Positions 15,249-23,509 of a stretch of DNA of 32,000 bases are shown one piece after another; the first letter of the stretch is position 1, and every line of letters begins with the position of its first letter. The stretch comes from Telmatocola sphagniphila (GTDB lineage: Bacteria > Planctomycetota > Planctomycetia > Gemmatales > Gemmataceae), in contig NZ_CP074694.1 of the NCBI RefSeq assembly GCF_018398935.1, positions 4,440,001 through 4,472,000 of the forward strand, given 5' to 3'. A model generated the notes under the pieces. It had not been told where the DNA came from and ran no database searches. It saw nothing but the letters and a program-made list of their open reading frames with translations. The position numbers and the translations under genes were made by a program.

Positions 15249-15470
15249 TTAAGCTTTTTTGCCTGCCCTTTCATACTCGTCCGGGGAAACGTATCCCAGA
15301 CTCGAAAGCCTTCTGATCCGATTGTAGAACACTTCGATGTATTCGAAGATGCTTCTTTTAGCTTCGTCCTGGGTTTCGGATTTCACTCGATGGCACGACT
15401 CCTTCTTCAGGCTGGCAAAGAAGCTCTCCATCGGAGCATAATTCCAGCAGTCGGCTCTACGACTCGCGCT
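15249..15470 (-). pseudogene. IS3-family transposase (OrfB, integrase-core) C-terminal remnant
   Basis: The in-frame translation SASRRADCWNYAPMESFFASLKKE...IEVFYNRIRRLSSLGYVSPDEYE matches the conserved IS3 OrfB tail (CWDNAxxESFF...YNxxRxHSxLGYxSPxxYE). An upstream in-frame stop and the absence of the rest of the rve domain show it is a truncated fragment. Confidence 0.7.
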
Positions 15471-15596
15471 TCAGCGAACTGCATGCTATAGCCAACCGAT
15501 CCTCGTCGTGTTATACTGACAGTCCTACCTCGAACTCTGCCTGCTCCCACCGCAGAACTCGTGCAAAGAATTCTTATCGCGATTTGGGTGCTCTCC

Positions 15597-16988
15597 ATGC
15601 TGAAAATTGGTGATTTTTCACGGATGGATCGACGAGCCTTTCTCCAAGTCGGCGGCCTTAATCTAAGCGGCCTATCCCTGCATCCTATCTTCCCTAGCGC
15701 CTGCCTCGCCGGAGAGTCGCGATCAGATTCCGGAAAAGCCGTCACGGATAAAGCCGTGATCTTCCTCTTTCTGCACGGCGGCCCCAGTCAGTTCGAGACA
15801 TTTGACCCGAAGCCAAACGCCCCCGTGGAAATCCGCAGCGCGACCGGGGAAGTGAAAACCAACATCCCGGGAATTACCTTCGGCGGCTCCTTCCCCAAGC
15901 TGGCAAAGATGGCGAACCGGCTGGCCATCGTGAGATCTTTCGTTCCCGGCGATGCCAACCACGACATCAAGCCGATTGTTGCTAAGGAGGGATTCGGTGC
16001 GAATCTTGGCTCCGCATTTGCCTCCATGGCAGGTGCCAACAATCCCTCGAATGGCATGCCAAATAACGTTCTTTTGTTTCCGCGGTCCGTGGATCCCAAT
16101 TCCGGACCGGGACAAGCGGCATTCGGAAAGTTCGCCTCCACTGGGCCGTTCAGTGGATCGTGTGCTCCGTTCCAACCCGATGGGGACGGAACGCTGAACA
16201 AAGACATGAAATTGAATTTGCCTCTCGACCGGCTCGATGATCGCCGTTCGCTCCTCGCTGGATTCGATCAGTTGAAGCGGCGAATGGAAAGCGAAGTGGA
16301 GAATGTCGATACGGCCAGACAGCAAGCTTTCTCGGTCCTGCTCAGCGGCGTGGGGGATGCGTTCGACCTCGCAAAAGAAGATCCAAAGATCGTAAATCTT
16401 TACGACACGAACAAACTGCTCCAGGTCGAAAAGATTAACAAGAAATGGAACAATCACAAGCATTACGCCGATAACGCCCGGACCCTGGGGAAACTCCTCC
16501 TGCTCGCGCGCCGGATGGTCGAACGAGGAGCCGGGTTCGTGACGGTAACCACCAACTTTGTGTGGGACATGCATTCCGATGTGAATAATGCCCCGATGGT
16601 CGAGGGGATGAGCTATATGGGTCCGCCGCTGGATCATGCGTTGAGTACTTTCTTAGAAGACCTTCGCCAGCGGGGACTCGAAGACAAGGTTCTGCTGGTG
16701 GCCTGCGGAGAGATGGGACGTTCACCGCGGATTAATAAAGATGGAGGCAGAGACCACTGGGGCAACCTCGGCCCACTTCTGCTGGCAGGGGGTGGCTTGA
16801 ACATGGGACAGGTCATTGGACAATCCAACTCAAACGGCGGTGAACCGAATAGCGATCCGGTTCGAATCCCAAACCTGATTGGGACGATCATGCATACCCT
16901 TTTCGACACGGGCAAACTCCGCATCACCCGAGGCGCTAGCCGCGAATTGCTTCAAATGGCCGACTATACTCCGATTCGAGGGCTATAG
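15597..16988 (+). CDS. DUF1501 domain protein (Tat-signal, sulfatase/alkaline-phosphatase-like fold)
   Basis: The track ORF starts at GTG 15561; I prefer ATG 15597. Twin-arginine motif: MDRRAFLQVGG. Family signatures: LFLHGGPSQFETFDPKPNAP and CGEMGRSPRINKDGGRDHWGN. Confidence 0.85.
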   Translation: MLKIGDFSRMDRRAFLQVGGLNLSGLSLHPIFPSACLAGESRSDSGKAVTDKAVIFLFLHGGPSQFETFDPKPNAPVEIRSATGEVKTNIPGITFGGSFPKLAKMANRLAIVRSFVPGDANHDIKPIVAKEGFGANLGSAFASMAGANNPSNGMPNNVLLFPRSVDPNSGPGQAAFGKFASTGPFSGSCAPFQPDGDGTLNKDMKLNLPLDRLDDRRSLLAGFDQLKRRMESEVENVDTARQQAFSVLLSGVGDAFDLAKEDPKIVNLYDTNKLLQVEKINKKWNNHKHYADNARTLGKLLLLARRMVERGAGFVTVTTNFVWDMHSDVNNAPMVEGMSYMGPPLDHALSTFLEDLRQRGLEDKVLLVACGEMGRSPRINKDGGRDHWGNLGPLLLAGGGLNMGQVIGQSNSNGGEPNSDPVRIPNLIGTIMHTLFDTGKLRITRGASRELLQMADYTPIRGL

Positions 16989-17075
16989 CGATTGGCAGGA
17001 TAGTTTTTCAACTCCAACGCTGAATCGGATAACGATTCGGGATGCTCGGATAGCGAAATAAAAACGGAGAAAAAT

Positions 17076-17975
17076 ATGAAGGCCACGCAGTTACTGATCC
17101 TGATCGGTGTTATGTGGGTTGGGGCGCTGAAGGTTCAAGCCGAAGAGTCCAAGAAGAGCGAACCCGAGCGTTTTAAGCTCTGGAATATGCACGCTCCAAT
17201 CGGCGATGGAACCTTCGAAAAGGCCGAGACTTGGATCACCCTTCACAGACCCGTAAAAGCCAACGGCACGGCGGTCGTCATCTGCCCCGGAGGTGGCTAC
17301 GGGGGACTGGTCACCGGAGCAGAAGGTCACGGAATCGCCACCTGGTTGAATACCCACGGCATCACCGGGATTGTGCTGGAATATCGATTACCCAAAGGTC
17401 GATCCTATGTGCCGCTCCTGGACGCCCAGAGGGCGATTCGAACTGTCCGGGCGAACGCCAAGTCCTGGGGAATCGATCCCGCGAAAGTCGGTATTATCGG
17501 CTTTTCGGCCGGCGGCCACCTCGCATCGACGGCGGGGACGCACTTCGACGAGGGCAACCCGAAGTCTGAAGATCCCATTGAAAAATTGAGCTGTCGTCCA
17601 GACTTCATGATCTTGGTTTACCCCGTCGTGACACTGGGGGAGAAGGGTCACGGCGGCACCCGGACCAACTTGCTCGGAAATCATCCCGACGACAAATTGA
17701 TTAAGCTATTTTCGAACGAGACGCAGGTCAGTGATAAGACGCCGCCCGCGTTTCTGGCGCATGCGAAGGACGACGGAGTGGTGGTGCCCGAGAATAGCAA
17801 AATGTTCTACGAGGCTCTACTCGCACATAAGGTTCCTGCCAAGTATTTGGAGTTGGCTTCCGGAGGCCACGGACTCAACGGTTACAAGGGGCCGATGTGG
17901 GACGCCTGGCAAACTCAGTCGCTGGCATGGCTAGTGGAACTGAAGCTCGTTCCTGCTGCGGAAAAGAAAAAGTAG
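17076..17975 (+). CDS. Secreted alpha/beta hydrolase (esterase, fold-3/BD-FAE-like)
   Basis: Signal peptide MKATQLLILIGVMWVGALKVQA. Oxyanion region VVICPGGGYGG, nucleophile elbow GFSAGGHLA, acid AKDDGVV and His in SGGHGL. A GGAG SD lies upstream. Confidence 0.8.
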   Translation: MKATQLLILIGVMWVGALKVQAEESKKSEPERFKLWNMHAPIGDGTFEKAETWITLHRPVKANGTAVVICPGGGYGGLVTGAEGHGIATWLNTHGITGIVLEYRLPKGRSYVPLLDAQRAIRTVRANAKSWGIDPAKVGIIGFSAGGHLASTAGTHFDEGNPKSEDPIEKLSCRPDFMILVYPVVTLGEKGHGGTRTNLLGNHPDDKLIKLFSNETQVSDKTPPAFLAHAKDDGVVVPENSKMFYEALLAHKVPAKYLELASGGHGLNGYKGPMWDAWQTQSLAWLVELKLVPAAEKKK

Positions 17976-18008
17976 GCGGGCTGGTCGCGGAGCATCGTTT
18001 CAAGCTTA

Positions 18009-18261
18009 GCGCAGACAGGGGGCGCGGTAGACTTTCAAGTCCTGTCATTCGAACCGAACAAAGCGCTTTCTTACACCTCGGCGGCTTACGGTCTGAAGAG
18101 TGTCGTCACCTGGACTCTCACCTCGAGTAGCGCAGGGACTCACACGCGAATGGAGCCAACTGGCTTCCGGCCGGATCAGGAGCAGGCTTACCAGGGGGCG
18201 AATTACGGCTTGGCAGAAGTTCATCGGCAACCTGGAATGGATTGTCGGCGGGTTGCAATAA
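18009..18261 (+). pseudogene. SRPBCC (AHSA1/START-like) family gene remnant, N-terminally truncated and frameshifted
   Basis: Hand translation gives ...TGGAVDFQVLSFEPNKALSYTSAAYGLKSVVTWTLTSSSAGTHTRMEPTGFRPDQEQAYQGANYG. A +1 shift at about 18210 then restores WQKFIGNLEWIVGGLQ*. This fits the C-terminal half pattern of SRPBCC proteins (ePnk.L.ytw...VtwtL...GT.l...h.GF...GW...l..L). There is no start codon or N-terminal half. Confidence 0.4.
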
Positions 18262-18380
18262 CCCAGCCCTGGAGCTCACTCGTTCAGATCGTTGTTTTTT
18301 TATGATTTGTCGATTTCCGGTTCCGCCTTACGACGAGATAATGAAGGTTGGGAACTCGGCTGGGGGTGGAAATTTTTACG

Positions 18381-18911
18381 ATGGCAAAACTCGTCTTTGG
18401 AATGAACCAGTCCCTGGATGGCTACGTTGACCACCTGGAAATGCGGACAGGCCCTGCCCTTTTTCGTCACTGGATCGAACACGTGCGCGCCCTGACCGGC
18501 AGTGTTTATGGTCGGCGCATGTACGAAATCATGCGCTATTGGGACGAAGACCGTCCGGAGTGGAATGCGGAACAACAGGAATTCGCGACGGCGTGGCGAC
18601 GCCTACCGAAGTGGGTCGTGTCGCGCTCACTAAAGTCCGTCGGTCCCAATGCCACTCTTGTCGAGAACGACCTCGAACCGCTGATACGGGACTTGAAGGC
18701 TCGGCTCGTGGGGGAAATTACCGTTTCCGGACCAGACCTGGCCCGAAGCCTAACCGATCTTGGGCTAATCGACGAGTATCGCCTCTACTTCCATCCTTTC
18801 GTGCTGGGTCGCGGTAAGCCTTTCTTTGACGGTCCACGGCCACCACTTCGTTTGATCTCCACGGACCGCATGGGCGAGGACGTAATTAAGTTAACTTACG
18901 TTCCAGCTTAA
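18381..18911 (+). CDS. Dihydrofolate reductase family protein (RibD C-terminal domain type)
   Basis: ATG 18381 gives MAKLVFGMNQSLDGYVD, a typical N-terminus. The C-terminal segment is GLIDEYRLYFHPFVLGRGKPFF. The track ORF begins earlier, at 18348. Confidence 0.8.
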   Translation: MAKLVFGMNQSLDGYVDHLEMRTGPALFRHWIEHVRALTGSVYGRRMYEIMRYWDEDRPEWNAEQQEFATAWRRLPKWVVSRSLKSVGPNATLVENDLEPLIRDLKARLVGEITVSGPDLARSLTDLGLIDEYRLYFHPFVLGRGKPFFDGPRPPLRLISTDRMGEDVIKLTYVPA

Positions 18912-19058
18912 TCGGGTGAGAATCGATCCTCCTCTGAGCCGGATACCGCAAGGCCAGGGCCTAAAATCCCCCGAAATCAATTGACACGCACTCCCAGATG
19001 CTTAAAGATTAATAGATCCACCCGCCAGTGCCGTTTCGGGCAGCAATTTGTCGTGAAC

Positions 19059-20912
19059 ATGGAAATCTTACTTAAGCCGCTGTCCGGTTTTATCGCCATC
19101 CTCTCCATTACGGCGTTGCACGTTTCGATTGCCACAGCCAGCGATGGACCAGCCCCGACCGTCGAGGTGCAAGCAATACTGGATTTGCACTGCGTGAAGT
19201 GTCACGGCCCGCTGGAAGACAAAGCGGGCCTGCGACTCGATACCGCGGCGGGACTCTGGAAAGGGAGTGAGAATGGCGCGATTGTGAAAGCGGGCAACCC
19301 CGAAGAAAGCAAACTCTTCCAAGTGCTGGCGAAAAATTCAGATCCACACATGCCACCCAAGAAGCAGCTGAGTGATGCGGAAATTGCCAAAGTCCGGGCA
19401 TGGGTCGCAAAGCCGGTGAAAGAGGCCCGCGTCGTGAAGCTGGTTGTACCCGCCGAGCCTTCCGCGGCGATTGATGCGTTCCTGGCGGAGGGCTGGAAAG
19501 AACGCAAAATCACACCGGCTCCGCTCTGTGACGACCTGACCTTTCTCCGACGGGTTTCCCTCGATCTCATTGGGCGAATCCCGACACCGGAGGAGACTTC
19601 CGCATTTCAGAAAGACCAAGCGGATAACAAACGAGCAATTCTGGTCGACCGCTTGATGGCCAGTTCGGAGGCCGCCCGTAACTTTCGCGAAATCTGGGAT
19701 GTTCTGCTGATGGGTCGGCAGGGTGGCCGTCGCGAGCAACAGAGGCGCGACAGCGGCTGGTATACCTACCTCGAAAACGCTTACAAGCAGAACCGCCCCT
19801 GGGATGAAGTCGTGCGCGGGTTCATAACCGCTCGGCCAGAGCGACCTGAGGACAAGGGGGCCGTCTGGTTCCTCTTCGAACGCAAAAACGAACACCAGCA
19901 GATCGCCGAAGCCCTAGCACCGATCATTTACGGCACTCGCATCGACTGTGCCCAATGTCACGATCACCCGCTGGCCGCCGAGATCAAGCAGGGACACTAC
20001 TGGGGCCTCGTCGCGGCCTTCAATCGTAGCAAAAATGTCGAAGCCGGACCCAGCGCGGTGCGAGAGATGGCCAGCGGCGGATTCATGAATTTCACGAATC
20101 TCAAGAAAGAATCGCAGCCCGCATCGATCACGTTGCTCACGGGGAAAGTGATCTCAGAAGCACGGCCGGAAAACGACGACTTATCCGGTTTATACCTCGA
20201 CCCGATGGCCAAGGTGAAGGTACCCAAGTTTTCACGACGAGCCGCCTTGGCTGAAGCGGCGACCCGGGATAATCCCCTGCTGGCGCGCTCCTTTGTTAAT
20301 CACACCTGGGCACTTCTGATGGGGCGGGGTATCGTCGATCCCCCGGATGAGATGAACTCCAAACATCCGCCAAGTCATCCCGAACTGCTCGACTGGCTGT
20401 CGGAGGATTTCGCAAAACACCAATACGACGTACGGCGGCTGCTGCGGGCCATCGTGCTCAGTCGCGGTTATCAGCTGGCGATGGGGGGTCACAACGCTCC
20501 ACCGCCGGACGCGTTCGCCTGTGCAATGGAACGGCCGCTGACCGGCGAAGCGATTACCCGTTCTGCTCGGATCTCGGCAGGTCAGACGCCCGATGATGAA
20601 GCTTTGCGAAAGGCGGTCGTGGAACGATTCCCCGACGTGATGCCTCGAACTTCGCGGGCCACAATTCAACAGGCGATGTTCCTGTCGAATAGCGAACGAG
20701 TCGCGGCGCTCTTCAAATCCGGCCCGGCCAAGATCATTGCGGACGAAGCCGGCGTTCGAGCCCTGTTTCGCCGTGCCTTGATCCGGGAACCGGACAAAGA
20801 AGAACTCGCTCACAGCCTGGAGTTTCTGAAACAGAACCCCAATCCGTCGGCCGCCGCTGGCCAGTTGCTCTGGGCACTGGTGGCTGGACCCGAATTCCTT
20901 ACGAACCATTAA
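19059..20912 (+). CDS. PSCyt (c-type haem motif) + DUF1549 + DUF1553 + PSD1-type planctomycete protein
   Basis: ATG 19059 starts the signal peptide MEILLKPLSGFIAILSITALHVSIATA; the track start 18981 is a TTG. CxxCH is at nt 19191..19205 (LHCVKCHGP). DUF1549-like: FLRRVSLDLIGRIPTPEETSAF. DUF1553-like: CAQCHDHPL...HYWGL. Family-typical C terminus: LLWALVAGPEFLTNH. Confidence 0.85.
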   Translation: MEILLKPLSGFIAILSITALHVSIATASDGPAPTVEVQAILDLHCVKCHGPLEDKAGLRLDTAAGLWKGSENGAIVKAGNPEESKLFQVLAKNSDPHMPPKKQLSDAEIAKVRAWVAKPVKEARVVKLVVPAEPSAAIDAFLAEGWKERKITPAPLCDDLTFLRRVSLDLIGRIPTPEETSAFQKDQADNKRAILVDRLMASSEAARNFREIWDVLLMGRQGGRREQQRRDSGWYTYLENAYKQNRPWDEVVRGFITARPERPEDKGAVWFLFERKNEHQQIAEALAPIIYGTRIDCAQCHDHPLAAEIKQGHYWGLVAAFNRSKNVEAGPSAVREMASGGFMNFTNLKKESQPASITLLTGKVISEARPENDDLSGLYLDPMAKVKVPKFSRRAALAEAATRDNPLLARSFVNHTWALLMGRGIVDPPDEMNSKHPPSHPELLDWLSEDFAKHQYDVRRLLRAIVLSRGYQLAMGGHNAPPPDAFACAMERPLTGEAITRSARISAGQTPDDEALRKAVVERFPDVMPRTSRATIQQAMFLSNSERVAALFKSGPAKIIADEAGVRALFRRALIREPDKEELAHSLEFLKQNPNPSAAAGQLLWALVAGPEFLTNH

Positions 20913-20917
20913 AGCCG

Positions 20918-22231
20918 ATGAACAAAACGCCGCCGCCCGGTTCCTGCACGCCCGAAGACCATCGGCTTCACCGCCGTTTGTTTTTGAAGGGCCTCGCCGC
21001 AACACCCGCTGTAACGAGTTTCACCGGGCTGTTCACGAATCCGCTCTTCGCCGAGAAAACGAAGAAGGCTCAAAAGAATGTCATCCTGCTCTGGCTCTGC
21101 GGGGCTCCCAGCCAATTTGAAACTTGGGACCCAAAACCGGGACGGCCTTCCGGTGGGCCGTTCGGAAGTATCGCAACCAGTCTACCGGGGGTACAGTTTT
21201 CCTCTCTCATGCCGCGCTGTGCCAACATTGCTCATGAGTTGAATATCATTCGGTGCATGAGGACCAAGCAGACCGAGCATCTGCAGGCCATTAACCTGTT
21301 GACCCGAGGCAACCCAGAAAGGCCTGGCTTCACCCGTCCCACTCTCGGTGCGGCGATCTCGGCGGCCATCGGCACGCTGGACGCAAAATTGCCAAACTTC
21401 ATTCTTCTCGATCCGAACCCCAAGGGAAACGAATTCGAGGCTTACAAGGCCAGCGATCTCGCGGGCTGGCTAGGGCCGGAACATGCCCCCATTCGACTCG
21501 GTGGCACCTTCACCCAACTGAATCGAGCGGTCGACTCCGCAGTGGACAATAATCAGGATCGCCTTGCCCTGCGACGATATTTCGCCAAACGATACGAGAC
21601 CGAAAAACAGAGCCGCACGGCGGCCGCCCAGAATGCCGCGTTCGAAAAGATGAATGGACTGAGCGCGAGTGCCGACTTGTTCGATGTGGCTAAACTGCCG
21701 GAAAAGGACCGTTCCCGCTACGGCCCTGGTACTTTCGGACTGCACGCTCTGATGGCCCGCAACCTCGTTGAGCAGGGCGCTCCGTTCGTGATGGTCGCCA
21801 ACGGCATGCCCTGGGACAATCACGTCTTCCAGCACGAGATTCACCAGATGCTCGTGCCGGAATTGGACCGCATCCTGCACTGCCTCATCACGGATCTGAA
21901 GGACCGCGGTCTTCTCGAACACACGCTGGTGGTGGCGATGGGAGAGTTTGGTCGCACTCCTTGGCTCAACGCCGCCCGAGGCCGGGATCATTATCCCAAC
22001 GCCTGGAGCATGATGATGACCGGTTGCGGTCTTAAGAGGGGCGTGGTGGTCGGCGGCACGGATGTCGATGGTGTTGACCCCGCCGGCCGTTCGTTCAACG
22101 AACAGAATCTCTTCGCCACAATTTTTACCGCGCTCGGCATCGACCCGCACGCGGAGTACGATCTGAAAAACATGCCGACTTTCCATAGGGTGGAAGACCG
22201 GGCCGAACCGATCCGGGAGGTGTTGGCATGA
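20918..22231 (+). CDS. DUF1501 domain protein (Tat signal)
   Basis: Starts 5 nt after the preceding stop. Twin-arginine motif HRRLFLKGLAA. Signatures: LWLCGAPSQFETWDPKPGRP and MGEFGRTPWLNAARGRDHYPN. Confidence 0.85.
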   Translation: MNKTPPPGSCTPEDHRLHRRLFLKGLAATPAVTSFTGLFTNPLFAEKTKKAQKNVILLWLCGAPSQFETWDPKPGRPSGGPFGSIATSLPGVQFSSLMPRCANIAHELNIIRCMRTKQTEHLQAINLLTRGNPERPGFTRPTLGAAISAAIGTLDAKLPNFILLDPNPKGNEFEAYKASDLAGWLGPEHAPIRLGGTFTQLNRAVDSAVDNNQDRLALRRYFAKRYETEKQSRTAAAQNAAFEKMNGLSASADLFDVAKLPEKDRSRYGPGTFGLHALMARNLVEQGAPFVMVANGMPWDNHVFQHEIHQMLVPELDRILHCLITDLKDRGLLEHTLVVAMGEFGRTPWLNAARGRDHYPNAWSMMMTGCGLKRGVVVGGTDVDGVDPAGRSFNEQNLFATIFTALGIDPHAEYDLKNMPTFHRVEDRAEPIREVLA

Positions 22232-23286
22232 AACTGACGAAAAATAAAGACCTGTCGCTTCCCACCGGTGTTCTGGGCCTCGCGGTCGCAGCCGATGCGA
22301 AACATCTCTATGCCGCGTGCATGGATGGCCGACTCTTTGAATGCGACCCGGCCACAGGAAAATCGACGCCATTCGCCAGTGGTCATACCAGTTTTGCCTC
22401 CGGCTGCGTGCTGCTGCCCAATGGTAAGACGCTGATCTCTGCCGGTTACGATGGCTGGCTGTTATGGCACGATGTGGAATCCAAACAGTGCGTGCGGCGG
22501 TTGAAAGCTCATGGGTTTTGGTCCTGGCAAATGGCGCTGTCTCCCGACGGTCGCCACGTTGCGACGGTGACCGGGCAATACCTCGCGGGTGGCGAGAAAT
22601 ACGAGCCGGCTCAGGCACCGGAGCCGACGGTGAAGGTGTTTGACACTCTCACCGGCGAACTGCTGAAGTCGTTCGATTATCTGCCGCCGGTACTGAGCGT
22701 TGCTTTCTCGCCGGACGGCCGTCATCTGGCGGCGGCCAACATGATGGGGGATGTGGCCGTGTGGGACCTGGAAGGCAAAGCACCGCCGGTGAAGTTCAAC
22801 TCTCCCGACTTCACGAGCTGGGGCATCATCAAGAGCCCGCACTTCTGTGGAGGCATCTATGGTCTTGCGTTCTCTCCCGATGGTAAGTCTCTATTGGCCT
22901 GTGGCATGGGACCGATGGGAGATCCCATGGCCGGTAATGGCAAGATGACCTGGCAGCGTTGGGATTGGCTGGCAAAAACACCGCAGAAACTCTCCCAGAT
23001 CCGTGACGGCGAAGGCGGCGCCGGTCTTATGGAAACGCTGACTCACGCGCCGGACGGTTCTTTTCTGATGGCGGGCCGGCAAGCCCAGGGTACCTGGACC
23101 ACCGCCCTTTTCGCCGCTGATGGCAAGCTGAAAGCCTCCCTGGATACCAAGTCTCGGGTGACCCGGGCCAAGTTCACCCCGGATGGAAATACCCTGTATT
23201 TAAGTGCGGTCATCGGTCAGCCAGGCCCCAATAAGGGTCAATGGCCAGACTATGGCCGTATTCACGTGGTTAAGGTTGAGGGTTGA
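22228..23286 (+). CDS. WD40 repeat protein (about 7 blades), no recognisable signal peptide
   Basis: Its start overlaps the DUF1501 stop in ATGA (22228..22231). WD-like repeats include ISAGYDGWLLWHD, LSPDGRHVATV, FSPDGRHLAAANMMGDVAVWDL and FSPDGKSLLACG. Confidence 0.8.
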   Translation: MKLTKNKDLSLPTGVLGLAVAADAKHLYAACMDGRLFECDPATGKSTPFASGHTSFASGCVLLPNGKTLISAGYDGWLLWHDVESKQCVRRLKAHGFWSWQMALSPDGRHVATVTGQYLAGGEKYEPAQAPEPTVKVFDTLTGELLKSFDYLPPVLSVAFSPDGRHLAAANMMGDVAVWDLEGKAPPVKFNSPDFTSWGIIKSPHFCGGIYGLAFSPDGKSLLACGMGPMGDPMAGNGKMTWQRWDWLAKTPQKLSQIRDGEGGAGLMETLTHAPDGSFLMAGRQAQGTWTTALFAADGKLKASLDTKSRVTRAKFTPDGNTLYLSAVIGQPGPNKGQWPDYGRIHVVKVEG

Positions 23287-23509
23287 CGATTCAGCAATGA
23301 GGACTACTCTCGACTGCTTCCCGCAACCCCTTACTGAACGATTCGGCTACTAGGGATATCGAACCCATTCGCGAAAAGTTTGGTGACGACGACCTTTCCA
23401 AGCACGGAAATGATACCTCGCGCTTTTTAGATTTGCACAACGGCGGCCGCATCGGATAAAGTAGGGGTTCGCAGCAGAATCCGAATCGAGTCGTTTCCAA
23501 GGCTATGCA

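Larger units (their letters stand above)
8120..15470. other. Putative accessory island abutting the 3' end of tRNA-Pro
   Basis: The island starts immediately after a tRNA gene. All of its genes are on the minus strand, opposite to the flanking + strand blocks. It contains an IS66-family element, an IS3 remnant and a conflict-system-like or mobile-replicon-like multidomain protein. Boundaries are approximate; I found no integrase and no clean att direct repeat. Confidence 0.45.

Noticed and set aside
15723-16637. 304-aa minus ORF in DUF1501 gene 1; likewise 20232..21005, 21470..22618, 22462..22842, 26988..27497 and 27993..28571
   Set aside because: All are antisense or off-frame overlaps of well-supported + strand genes with no family signatures.
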